DNA of 64,000 nt from Chiloscyllium plagiosum (lineage: Eukaryota). Shown here piece after piece: positions 27,451 to 39,322 of the stretch. Position numbers and translations under genes: made by a program. The DNA is taken from assembly GCF_004010195.1 (NCBI RefSeq), contig NC_057750.1, positions 2,282,425 through 2,346,424 of the forward strand. Direction: 5' to 3'. Within the stretch, counting starts at the first letter, position 1. The number at the start of each line of letters is the position of its first letter. The notes beneath the pieces were generated by a model, which saw nothing but the letters and a program-made list of their open reading frames with translations, was not told where the DNA came from and did not search any database.

Positions 27451-28241
27451 CCCCTCTCCCCTGAAGCTGCCAAACCTGCAGAGATGTTTTTTATTTCAGA
27501 TTTGCAGGACTGTGTGATTTTTAATTAAAATCACTCCCTACAGTGTAGGAGCGGGTCATTCGCCCATCGAGTCGACACTAACACTCTGAAGAGCATACCA
27601 CCCAAACCTTTCTCCGTAACCCAGCATTTCCCGTGGCTAACCCAGACACTATGGGAACTTTAGTCTGACCAACCCACCCTGATTTGCATAGCTTTGGACT
27701 GTGGGAGGAAGCTGGAGCACCCGGAGGAAACCCACGCAGACACGGGGAGAATGTGCAAACTCCACACAGACAGTCACCTGAGGCAGGAATTGAACCCGGG
27801 TCCCTGGTGCTAACCACTGAGCCACCCCAGATTTCCCACCCAGCACCCCCTGCAGGGAGAAGGTTATATGCAACAAACAAATCGATGAAACCGCCCCCCC
27901 CCCCCCACTCCCAGGCACTGCATTCCAGACTATAACTACTCGCTGAGTTTGGAGATGTATTTGTTGCGTGTGGTTCTTTGGTAAAACATGGAGAAGCAGA
28001 GAGCATGGTGTTCATCCCAAGAACTGAGCTGCCGAAACGCTGATGACTAGACCATCTCATTAGAAGCTGCGAACCCCCTGCCCCCCCCCTCTCTGCGTCT
28101 CTCTGTGGCTCTCTCTGCCTGTCCCGAGCCTCCCATCCTGACAGTGAGTGTTGAGCCTCCCCGATGAGGAGCTGTGTGTGTGTGTGTGTGTGTGTGTGCA
28201 CGCGCGTGGATGGTAATGGCGTTGTGCTGTGCCTCTGACAG

Positions 28242-28412
28242 AGCGATGTACAGCTCCGAAGAAGGTTGGCAGCTGTCGGGCCGCGTTTCCACGTTGGTAT
28301 TTTGACACGAAGTCACGGAGCTGCCGCGAGTTTGTCTACGGAGGCTGCAAGGGCAACAAGAATAACTTTGTCAGTGAGCACCAGTGTCTTGTGGCATGTG
28401 CTGGGCTGAAAG
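28242..28412 (+). CDS. SPINT2: SPINT2-like gene, exon encoding Kunitz domain 2
   Basis: ctgacag|AG...AAAG|gtcagt; 171 nt; ERCTAPKKVGSCRAAFPRWYFDTKSRSCREFVYGGCKGNKNNFVSEHQCLVACAGLK. Confidence 0.93.
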
Positions 28413-29149
28413 GTCAGTACCATCTGTCTGTGCCATCACCGGGGTTCACCACCTCCTCCCCTGAGCTCAGCTTGTCAGCTACAGGAGCCCTCACCGCATG
28501 TCCTGTTTTCAGCTAACTCCTGTGGTCTCCAGGCCACCTTACTGTTCTCCACTCTCTGTCCACCATGTGCATCCTCCTCAACACAACTGTATTGTCCACA
28601 CTCTCACCACATCCCCCTCACCCCTCACCCCTGCCCTCACTGACCAACGCTGGCTTTGGCTCCAGCAACGCCTTTCAAGAATTTTGAATTTTTTTTGTGT
28701 TCAAATCTCTCTATGGTTTCACTTTGCCCGTCTCTGTAACCCCCTCTAGCCCCTACAGCCCCTCCCTATCACTGTCACTCCCTCCAACCCCTACAGCCCC
28801 TCCCTACCTCTCCATCTCTTTCCCCTTTGTCGGGACTCTCCCTGAAGGTCTGTCTGCTCTGAGCACGTGTTCAGCCGTCTGTCCCGATCTCCCTGATCTG
28901 GCATTTTGTTTGGAAATGCTCCTGGAAGATGTTTTGTGAACTGTCTATCACAGAAATGGGAGCCATGCTGTGTAAATTGTTGTTCCCGCTGAAACTTGGC
29001 ATTCTTGCAAGTGTCCTGATTAGTGCAAGGATCTCTTTCAGCAATACACATGGCTACCAAATGATTATTTAGGTTTCATGACATTGAAGGCATTATATAA
29101 ATGCAGTTGTTGTTGAGCGCTGGTCTAATGTTGGGTTTTATTTTGACAG

Positions 29150-29197
29150 AGGATGTCCCTGAGCCCCACAAACTCCAGAGCGAGACGGATGATAAAG
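29150..29197 (+). CDS. SPINT2: SPINT2-like gene, linker exon between Kunitz 2 and 3
   Basis: ttttattttgacag|AG...AAAG|gtaggg; 48 nt, phase 1-1; EDVPEPHKLQSETDDK. Confidence 0.8.
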
Positions 29198-29282
29198 GTA
29201 GGGTTGGGTTACTCACCGTTAACAGGGTGTCCCGTTCCACTTGCCCTGTTAGAGGAGAGGGTTCACCAGGCTGTTACTGGGA

Positions 29283-30450
29283 ATGGAGGGTTTGAGCTAC
29301 AGGGAGAGGCTGAACAGGCTGGGGCTGTTTTCCCTGGAGCGTCGGAGGCTGAGGGGTGACCTTATAGAGGTTTATAAAATCATGAGGGGCATGGATAGGA
29401 TAAATCGACAAAAACCTTTTCCCTGGGGGTGGGAGAGTCCAGAACTAGAGGACATAGGTTTAGGGTGAGAGGGGAAAGATTTAAAAGAGACCTGCGGGGC
29501 AACTTTTTCACACAGAGGGTAGTACATGTGTGGAATGAGCTGCCAGAGGAAGTGGTGGAGGCTGGTACAATTGCAACATTTAAAAGGCATCTGGATGGGG
29601 ACATGAATAGGAAGGGTTTCGAGGAATATGGACCGGGTGCTGTCAAATAGGAGTAGATTAGGTTAGTATATCTGGTCAGCATGGATGAGTTGGACTGAAG
29701 GGTCTGTTTCTGTGCAATATCTCAAAATGTACCGATGAACAAATCTGGGTGCAGGATGCAGAGATGTTGTGGTGTGGTTTGGACCAGCTGAGCGAGTGGG
29801 GAAACGTGTGGCAGACGCCGTATAATGTAAATAAATGTGAGGTTATCCACGATGGTAGCAAAAATAGGAAGATGAATTATTATCTGCATATCAGTGGATA
29901 GGGAGAGGTGTAACAAGACCTGGGTATCCTGTAGACCAGTCGCTGAGGGTAAGCATGCAGGTACAGCGGGTGGTGAAGAAGGTAAATGGGATGTTGGCGT
30001 TCAGCGTGAGAGAGTTTGAGACCAGGAGCAGGGATGTCTTGCTGCAATTGTACAGGGACCTGGTGAGACCACACAGTCCTGTGTGCAGTTTTGGTCTCCT
30101 TATCTGAGGAAGGATGTTCTGGCGATGGAGGGGGTACAACAAAGGGTTACCAGACCGATTCCTGGGAATGGCAGGACTGACGTATGAGGAGAGACTGGAT
30201 CAGTTAGGACTGTATTCACTGGAGTTTAACAGAATGACGGAGGAGGCATTTTACAAACCTATAAAATTCCAACAGGGCTGGACAGGGTGAATGCAGGATG
30301 GGTGTTGCTGATAACTGGGGAGTACAGAACCCTGGGGGGGGAGGCGCAGGGAGTGTGGGAGGTGTGGTGGGGGTGTTACAGTCTAAAGACTCTGGGTAGG
30401 CCATCTCTGACTGAGATGAGGAGAGATATCTTGACCCAGAGAGCAGGGAG
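29283..30450 (+). mobile_element. Two CR1 3' fragments
   Basis: [33 protein letters not shown] followed by an older copy. Confidence 0.85.
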
Positions 30451-30568
30451 CCTGTGGGATTTGAGCTCCCTGTACATGCCGCACTGTGCTAGCACACACA
30501 GCCTTGTATTAAACCTTGTGAAGCTGACTCCCTGGCTGGGATCTTACACTGCCCTCTGGTCCTCCCAG

Positions 30569-30739
30569 AGTACTGCTTTGCCCCAGTAGTGACCGGTCGG
30601 TGCCGAGCGTCCTTCCCGCGCTGGTTTTACAATCCCGCCAGCTTGATGTGTGAGCGATTTGTCTACGGAGGTTGTGGAGGGAACAAGAATAATTATCCCT
30701 CTGAGTTAGCGTGCCTGGCCAGGTGCACAGGGAAGACAG
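30569..30739 (+). CDS. SPINT2: SPINT2-like gene, exon encoding Kunitz domain 3 (not in ORF track)
   Basis: cctcccag|AG...ACAG|gtaaga; 171 nt; [57 protein letters not shown]. Confidence 0.93.
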
Positions 30740-32972
30740 GTAAGAGAGCTCTCTCCGTGTGAGAGACCAACTGTATCTCGGAGATTTGTGAGTGGGAGTC
30801 CCCACGGTAAAGGAATACAGCAAACCATGTATTAACCAGCACCAGGAGTGAAGGGCTCTGGCCCAAAACATCCACTCTCCTGCTCCTCGGATGCTGCCTG
30901 ACCTGCTGTGCTTTTCCAGCGCCTCACTCTCGACAGCACCAGGAGTGTGCCCGTGGATCAAATATTCTGGGTAATGAAGCGATTCACATCATCCACGTAA
31001 AAACACGCACTCACTGTCATACAGCGTGCACTGTCGTACAACATACAACAGCACATGAACATGCCCTTCGGCCCACCATGCTGTGCCGAACATGACATCA
31101 AATTAAACCAGTCCCTTCTGCTTGCCCTTGGTCCACATCCCTCCATTCCTTGCATATCCATGTGCTTATTTAAAAGTCTCTTAAACCGGCCTGATCGTAT
31201 CTGCCTCCATCACCATCCCTGGCAGCACGCTTCAGACTACTACCACTCTCTGTATCTAGCCCTTTCTTATAGCTCATACCCTCTAATCCAGGCAGCATCC
31301 TGGTAAACCTCTTCTGCACCCTCCCCGAAGCCTCCACATCTTTCCTGTAATGTGGTGACCAGAATTCAATGCAGTCCAAGTGTGTCCTGACCAAAGGCTT
31401 TTAAAGCTGCAATATGATATCCTGACTCTTGGACATAATTCCCTGACCAATAAAGACCAGCATGCCTTATACCTTCAGTACCACCCCGTCTACCTGCATG
31501 GCCAGTTTCGGGGAACTATGGACTTGAACCCCATGACCCCTCTGCGCATCAGTGCTGTTTAGGGGCCTGCCGTTAACTGTGTGCCTATCCCTGTGTATTT
31601 GCTCTCTCTCTATACTTTATTATTTGGCGATTTATGCTGTCAATATGCAAGATTGCCTTAAATAAAACTTTCTGGTAAAGAGCCTTCTCACTGCTCCCTC
31701 CAGTATCATGGTGTTTGAGGAGAAATTGATTTGAAATTGAATGAATTGTTGATATTTTGTGTGGCCATTCAATTGAACAACAAATACGCTTCCACGGAGG
31801 TAAATCAATTAAAAATTGGACCGTATAATACAGTGGTCTTGGCGATATTTGAGGTACATATTTTTCCTGGTTTATTGAGAATGCCAGTTTGTGAGGTGCT
31901 GCTTTGAACAAAGTTTGCTTTATTTCCAAATCAATTCTCTCCCGTGATGTTAGCACCACTGACTGGACCACCAGCCCGTCCCTAGTTGCCCCTTGAGAAG
32001 GTGGCGGGGGGGATGGGGAGCTGCCGCCTTGAACCCGCTGCAGTCCATGTGATGTGGGTTGACCCACAGTGCCCTTAGGGAGGGAATTCCAGGATTCTGT
32101 CCCAGCGACACTGAAGGAACGGCGCTATATTTCCCAGTCGGGATGGGTGAGTGGAGGACAGGGATACAGCGCCATCTCTGGGTGATCCAATTCCCAGGGA
32201 AGCTGGTGCTGCCAGTAACTCACCTGTTTTATCTAAGCTGTGCGCGACTGGCATTTGTGTAGCGCCCTGCCCCATCTCGGGATGTTCCGCCGCGCTGTGC
32301 AGTCAACAAAGTACTTTTTTTCGGCGTGGTCCCCATTCCAATACAGGAAAGTGGCGGACACGCTGTGCACAGCAAGATCCCACACGTTGTGTTGTGATTA
32401 CGAGCCCAAACGACCTCCTTTTCCTTTGAGGGATACACAGTTATTGAGTGAGACACTGCCCGCTGTTCCCCTGGTCATTCCCGGTATAGTCTCTGGGGGT
32501 TCAGTCTCGGGCCCAGCTAGGACACGTACACCCCACCCAAATTTATTCTCCTTTCTCAAATAAATCTCTGCTCCGTCGCCCTGACCACTCTGTTTCCTCA
32601 GCACTGTCGGGCCGAAGGTGCCCTTTAATGGATTGTGTTCCACCTGACAGGACAGATGAACCCCCTCGGTCTTGTGGGGCTGGTGTGGGGGTATTGGGCG
32701 AGGGCTGCAGTGCACTGTTGACACTGTCCACTGGGTGGATTGGGCAGAGGGGCAGCAGGTTGGCGTTCCCGCGGCACTGCCCCACCCCTCCCCTCCTCCC
32801 GTGGGAACGGGGCCACGTTAGGGTCCTGAGCCTCTGGACTGGGATCCCGGTTTCGGAGGGCGAGGTCCTGAGGCTAAGAGGTGACCGCAGCCAATCCCGC
32901 TGGAACGCACTGCCAGGGACTGACGTGCAGCTCCGACACACGGTGAACACAACCTGCCTTATGTTTTAATAG

Positions 32973-33053
32973 TCCCCGTGGATAACCAGAAGGACGAGGA
33001 GGACGGAGAGTTCAATACCCAGCACCATGCGGGAACCCCTCATAATGTTCCTG
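32973..33053 (+). CDS. SPINT2: SPINT2-like gene, juxtamembrane stalk exon
   Basis: gttttaatag|TC...CCTG|gtaaat; 81 nt, phase 1-1; VPVDNQKDEEDGEFNTQHHAGTPHNVP. Confidence 0.78.
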
Positions 33054-34331
33054 GTAAATCCACATCTCCAACTATTTCAACACTTGGGGAGGGGGATGGA
33101 TGTATTGGGAGGGGGGGCGTGAGGGGGGAATGGTATACTGATTCTAGAATCCTGATTCCAGGTCAGTGCTGACATTAACCATTTGTTTGAAGCTGCGGGG
33201 TGAAAGGTTATGATGCCCCAGGGAATCGATCCACTGGGGCAGGGGTCTACTCTGAAGGGGGTGCAGCTGTCTGCCCTGAATGGCCACAGTCTCGGTTTCA
33301 ACTGGTCCTCACTGAAACAGCTCCCGAGAGGCTGGTGTCCCGTCACCAAGTCCCCCCCCCTTTATTTACACACGGAGAGTCCCTGTCCCTGACCCTGACC
33401 CAGCTCCCTCAGAGTGAGCAGAACATCTGACCCTCCTGTTTATACCTGTCAGCCAGGGCTCCCTGATTAGACCATATTAACAGCCCTAGTGAGCGAACTC
33501 TGACCCTGAGAGGGCTGACCTCGTGTTGGTCAGTACACTCCCCTTCCTGTTGAGGAACAAATGGCCACCTCTTCCCCCAACTCTGGGCAGGAGGGGGAGT
33601 TGGGGGTGCAGGGGTGGGGTTTGAGCAGAGACCGTCAGGCAGAGAGTCCGGTGTCGAAAGCACTTTACTGTCTGACCAAGCAGAACTTCTGCTGAATCCC
33701 ACTCTACCCCCGCCCCCCCCCACAACACCCCCACCCCCAGCCGTCCCATGCAGGTGTGCAGGGCCCGGGAAGGGTCAGTGTGTATGTAAGGCCTGGGGGT
33801 GGGAGGAGCGTGGAGTTGGGGGTGGGTGGTCAGGGGGGGTTAGAGACCCTCTCTGGGACTGATGGTGGGAGCAGCTTGAAATTATTTTACTAACTAGCCA
33901 GAATGACTGACTAACTGGCCGGAGTAACTCGACTTGGCATCGGTGAAAGGTAGGGATGTGGGAAATGGGTCATTGTTAATGATTGGACAGTGTTTAGTTG
34001 GATATTTGACCAGAAGGAGTTGTTGCTGAAGTTAAAGCCAAATCCTACAGGGGCCAGAGATGGGAAACAAAAAACCGAAATCGCTGGAGAAACTCAGCAG
34101 ATCTGACAGCAACTTGGGTCCAATATAATTCTTCTCAAACTGAAGACTGGACTCTCGACGTTAACTCTGTTTCCCTCTCTGCAGCAGCGACCAGACCTGC
34201 CGAGTTTCTCCAGCCGTGTGGGGGTGGGTGGGTGTGGGTGTGTGTGGGTGTGGGGGGGTGTGTGGGTGTGTCGCGCTGGGTTGCTGGTGATCTGACTGGC
34301 CACAAACTGAATTCTCTTCTGTTTCCATCAG

Positions 34332-34492
34332 CCATTTCGATGGTGATCCTGCTCTCGATCTGTGTCCTCGTCCTGTTGGGGGGAGTCATCTACTTCATCG
34401 TCAAACTGACCAAGACTGACCACACGGTCTCCTACCAGCGTGCACCCCACAGAGACGATAAGGAGACTCTGATCAGCACGGTGCCCCTGTAA
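34332..34492 (+). CDS. SPINT2: SPINT2-like gene, last coding exon: transmembrane helix and cytoplasmic tail
   Basis: ttctgtttccatcag|CC...TAA; AISMVILLSICVLVLLGGVIYFIVKLTKTDHTVSYQRAPHRDDKETLISTVPL*; DDKExL resembles the HAI-2 tail. Confidence 0.9.
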
Positions 34493-36915
34493 GGTGTAAC
34501 TCACTCGTGGGGCTGTGGAGCGTGTGGCAAACAAAAGCAAAATAGTACATTTTTACAACCTTTACCCTCGTGTCTTGTCTTCAGAATTGCCACTACAGAG
34601 CGCGCATGCGAGAGAGAGAGATTTAATCTGTATTTCATTTGCAAACCCTTCCCTTGTCTCCATCCTAACCTTTTCTAGTTTACTCTGTACTGATGAAGGG
34701 TAGACTTTAGCCAGGCAGGTCCCTGTAATGACAAGCTGACTGGAGGACGGAAATTGAAACTGGCACACCGCCCCCAGGGGTGGGGGGAGTGTCCCTCGGA
34801 TGTGGGTGGTGGAGAGATACAGGTGATGCTGAAGGAGTGCTGGGAAGAGACCCTCTGGGTTAGGGGGATTGTCCCGAGGGGGGTGTGGAGTAACCCTGGG
34901 GGATGGGGAGTGTTTGTCCCTATTTCATTTCGAGATTGCGACTGACCCCAGTCGAATTATGTGGGATTTAATTTGGGATTTGGGAACAGGCTTTCCCAAT
35001 CCTTGTGGTTGGATTTCTCCTCGGGTTTTTACGTTGATGGGAGCGGGGGAGAGCTGGGTTTCCCTGGTTGGTCAGTTTTGGGTGTTGGCTCAATGTGTGT
35101 GCTGCGCTGGATCCACACAGAGCTGCTGGTGGGCCCCAGTGCCTCTGGGAGGGGTCATCGTGAAGGATGTGTCCAGGGTTAGCTGTTAGTTACAGGTTCA
35201 GCCCAAGTGAGGAATGTTTCCTGACTCTGGGAGTTGCCGGAATGGAGGTGCTGGGGTTAGGTAAGGTCAGGCATCACACGACTCCAGGTTACAATCCAAT
35301 GGGTTTATTTGAAATCACAAGCTTCCAGAGCGCTGCCCCTTTGTCGGGTAGTTTGTCATGTGACTTCTGACTGTTTCCATTCACGTTTTTGGGGGGTGGA
35401 TGGGAGTCACAGCTGATTGGCAGTGTTCACTCTGGACGTGTCTTTTTGCGCCATCACCTGAGAGAGTTGCGTATGACCCCGTGACCTCTAATCCCTTTTC
35501 GTTTCTTTGACCCGCCTCCTGGGGAACCTGAAACCGTCTCCAGGCAACGGCTTGTCTCCGAACCTGGGGAGGGTGGGGATCGAACCTGCGCCTGTCACCT
35601 TGTTCCTTGGGTTGGGGAGCGTGGAGCAGGATGGAGAGCAATTGGAAGTCTCTCCTCCTGGCTGGTCAAATCGCAACCAGGTCGGTTCCTGACTCGCCCA
35701 AAATGTCAAGGGAATGGGTCTCTGGCGCAGTTCAGAGCTGGGGGTCTCAGGATTTTCCAGTGCCTCGGGGTGTGGGGGCCAGTGCTGACAGGACCACTCC
35801 AGGTCTGGCAACAGTATTAAAAATTCTCCCTCCCAACCCTCCTTGGCTCTCTGTCCACACGAGGACTATAATCTCCCAAAGCCCAGAAAGATTGGAGGTG
35901 GACACTGAATATTTCTCACATTACGTGGATGTAAAGTCGAGCGTTGACCATTTTTATGATGTCAGCGATGAGCTGAGGGTTTCCAGCTGGTTCCCCTTTC
36001 TGACCGTCCGTTTCTCAATGTGAAACTGTTCCTCTCTTTCACAATCCCACATCCTCCTTCCTCGCTGCAGCCATTGCTGTTGGACAGGATCGAGGTGTCA
36101 ATGACTCTGCAATTGTGCTGCACTTGAGTAGCTGCCTGTTTGTAGTCCAGGTGTGAGACTCTCTCCAGCCTGGACTTCACACGGGAGAGAAAGCTGTGGG
36201 CTTGTGTGTCTGACTGACGCGCTCCATGTCAGTGTCTGTCAGTGTGCATGTGTCTCTGTGCCTGGCTGGGTGTGTAGTTGTGTCTCTAACTGTTCCTTCC
36301 TCACAGTCACTGCACTGAGTCCTGAAACAGTTTAAGCTCCACGAAGTGAGAACACCACTTTGTACTCTGAGGAATACGCAAGCCTGGCTTCAGTGTTGGA
36401 TCTTTGCAATCTGCTCTCTGTCCCTTGTACTCACTTTCTCTTTCTCTCGCTCGCGCTTTCACACACCTTCAACTCCTGAGCACCACTCTCCAGCTCACAC
36501 TAACCTTAGACAGTGTCGTGTGTGCGACCATTCTGATCAGTAAACCTCTGGGTGGATTTGTACTCCTCTTTCAGTTTATTTTTTATTAATAATAATAATA
36601 ATAATAATCTTGAGATTTTCTATTTAAAATCATGTGTGGAATCAAACAAATCAATTGTTAAAGAAACTGGATTTCGATTTTTTAAATTTTTTTTTTCCTT
36701 AACTTTTTAGACTTGAAATTATTATAATGACCAACCAAAAACAGTGAGTGATAGCAGGCGAAAGCAAGCTTGGAATTTGTAAATTGAAATGTGTGCATGG
36801 TTTGGGCATTTTTAACTATTAAGTTTAGTCTTAATACTCAGGTGATTGGGAATCTCAGACTGGAGTTTGTCTTCTGTAATATTACTTGGAATAAAATCTT
36901 TTTAGAAGTTTTGCT
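34493..36915 (+). other. Probable 3' UTR of the SPINT2-like gene
   Basis: Repeat-poor stretch after the stop, ending in an AT-rich tract with AATAAA at 36890-36895 followed by T/GT-rich sequence. Confidence 0.5.
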
Positions 36916-37604
36916 GATTTGGATTTTGTTTTCCAATGAGGAGAAGCTGACCTCTCCAAAGTTGGTGGAATGAGTCTTTGGCGTTGGATTTTTGGAGATT
37001 CTGAACTCCAGGTTTGGATCCTCAAGGGATCAGTTTGGGGGGGCAACCTGCAATTGGTTCCCTGAAGGACACAGTGGGAGATTCATCCTGTGAGCGGGGG
37101 CCTGCGCAGAGTTGCGATTTGGAGACTGGATTGTCAGAGAATTGTCCCATAAACGGGTGCTGTGAAGGATCGAAGATAGATTCCCGATCGATCGAGGGTT
37201 ATAGGGAAAGGGCAGGAAAGTGGACGCGAGGAATGTCGGATCAGCCGAGATCCAGTTGGACAGCAGGGCTAGATTTGGGGCCGAATGGCCTGTTCCTATT
37301 TATTACGCTCTTTGCAGACCTGAAGAGTCATATCAGACTCTCTCTCTCTCTCTCTCTCTGTCCTGACAGATGCTGCTGGACTTGCTGAGCTTCTCCTGGT
37401 TGAGATTTCCAGCGTCCACCACTTTGTGCTTTAACTTCTGGGAGCTCGTCCTGAACTCTGACACCTGGTACCCACCCCCCAACCAACCTCTCCGTGACCA
37501 GTGGGAGGTTACCCGCTGAAATGTAAAATGTGACGTTGGCTCAAAATGCAGAACAGAAAAAGAATGAACAAATCCTTGAGATTGGAAGTTAAAAGGACAG
37601 TCGT

Positions 37605-38130
37605 AGAGACCCTTTGGTCCAACCCGTCCATGCCGACCAGATATCCCAACCCAATCTAGTCCCACCTGCCAGCACCCGGCCCATATCCCCCCAAACCCTT
37701 CCTATTCATATACCCATCCAAATGCCTCTTAAATGTTGCAATTGTACCAGCCTCCACCACTTCCTCTGGCAGCTCATTCCATACACGCACCACCCTCTGC
37801 GTGAAAAAGTTGCCTTTTGGGTCCCTTTTATACCTTTCACCTCTCACCCTAAACCTATGCCCTCTAGTTCTGGACTCCCCGACCCCAGGGAAGACTTTGT
37901 CTATTTATCCTATCCCTGCCCCTCATGATTTTATAAACCTCTATAAGGTCACCCNNNNNCAATATTCCAACAGTGGCCTAACCAATGTCATGTACAGCCG
38001 CAACATGACCTCCCAACTCCTGTACTCAATACTCTGACCAATAAAGGAAAGCATACCAAACACCCTCTTCACTATCCTATCTACCTGCGACTCCACTTTC
38101 AAGGAGCTATGACCCTGCACTCCAAGATGT
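37605..38130 (-). mobile_element. CR1 3' fragment
   Basis: FFTQRVVRVWNELPEEVV; GMLSFIGQSIEYRSW. Confidence 0.85.
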
Positions 38131-38822
38131 GGGCTTCTGAAAGTCTCCCTTGTAACATCCGACATACCGACATTCCAACATACATGCCCTTTACAGAGCC
38201 AAAGCTCAGAAAGTGTTTCTCAGTTTAGATTTTGCTCAGTTTCTGGGACTTAAGAAAAATGGGAACCTGCAGAGCTCTTTCTTGCCACTGGAGGCCACTG
38301 TTGCTAAAGAAATGCACGAGCTGGCCTGGCTTTTACCTGGGAGTCTGTCCCAATCATCAGACGCTCACAGTGTTGGAGAAACTCAGTGGGTCTGGCAGAA
38401 CCTATGGAGAGAGAGAGAAATAGAGCGAGCATTTCAAGTCTGGTGTGAGCTCTTTGGAACTGAGAAACATGAGAGATACGGAGTGGGCCATTCTGCCCCT
38501 TCTCAATATCCTACCACTCAATGTACCAATCTACCCCAGGCACTGATTCCTCTTCCAGGCCTGCTCCTCCCCCACCTTTATCCCCCCGATGTTTCAGCAA
38601 TCTGCTTCCTCTTCAAACACACTCAGTGATAACTCTCCACAACTCTCTCTAGCGTCAAGAATTCCAGACAGTTACCAAATCTCAGAGAAACAAAATGGTT
38701 TCGCCTTCTCCATCCTCCTGGTTTGTGGTTTCCCCCTCATCAGTCTTCTCCCTATCTCTCCCTACCCCCCTCCCATGTCAAGCCCCCTCAGAATCCTGGG
38801 CGGTTCAGTAAGATCACCCCTC

Positions 38823-39322
38823 NNNNNNNNNNNNNNNNNNNNNNNNNNNNNNNNNNNNNNNNNNNNNNNNNNNNNNNNNNNNNNNNNNNNNNNNNNNNNN
38901 NNNNNNNNNNNNNNNNNNNNNNNNNNNNNNNNNNNNNNNNNNNNNNNNNNNNNNNNNNNNNNNNNNNNNNNNNNNNNNNNNNNNNNNNNNNNNNNNNNNN
39001 NNNNNNNNNNNNNNNNNNNNNNNNNNNNNNNNNNNNNNNNNNNNNNNNNNNNNNNNNNNNNNNNNNNNNNNNNNNNNNNNNNNNNNNNNNNNNNNNNNNN
39101 NNNNNNNNNNNNNNNNNNNNNNNNNNNNNNNNNNNNNNNNNNNNNNNNNNNNNNNNNNNNNNNNNNNNNNNNNNNNNNNNNNNNNNNNNNNNNNNNNNNN
39201 NNNNNNNNNNNNNNNNNNNNNNNNNNNNNNNNNNNNNNNNNNNNNNNNNNNNNNNNNNNNNNNNNNNNNNNNNNNNNNNNNNNNNNNNNNNNNNNNNNNN
39301 NNNNNNNNNNNNNNNNNNNNNN
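38823..39322. other. Assembly gap of exactly 500 N
   Basis: Counted from the sequence; second 500-N gap at 59323-59822; irregular gaps at 10833-10913, 23552-24481, 42390-42438, 43720-44642. Confidence 0.98.

Noticed and set aside
35381..36023. Overlapping 60-138 aa ORFs in a GC-rich stretch
   Set aside because: No recognisable domain or splice structure; within the probable 3' UTR
37109..37165. ELRFGDWIVRELSHK as PPP1R14 exon 1
   Set aside because: Only a WI resemblance; no RVTVKY motif and an in-frame stop follows
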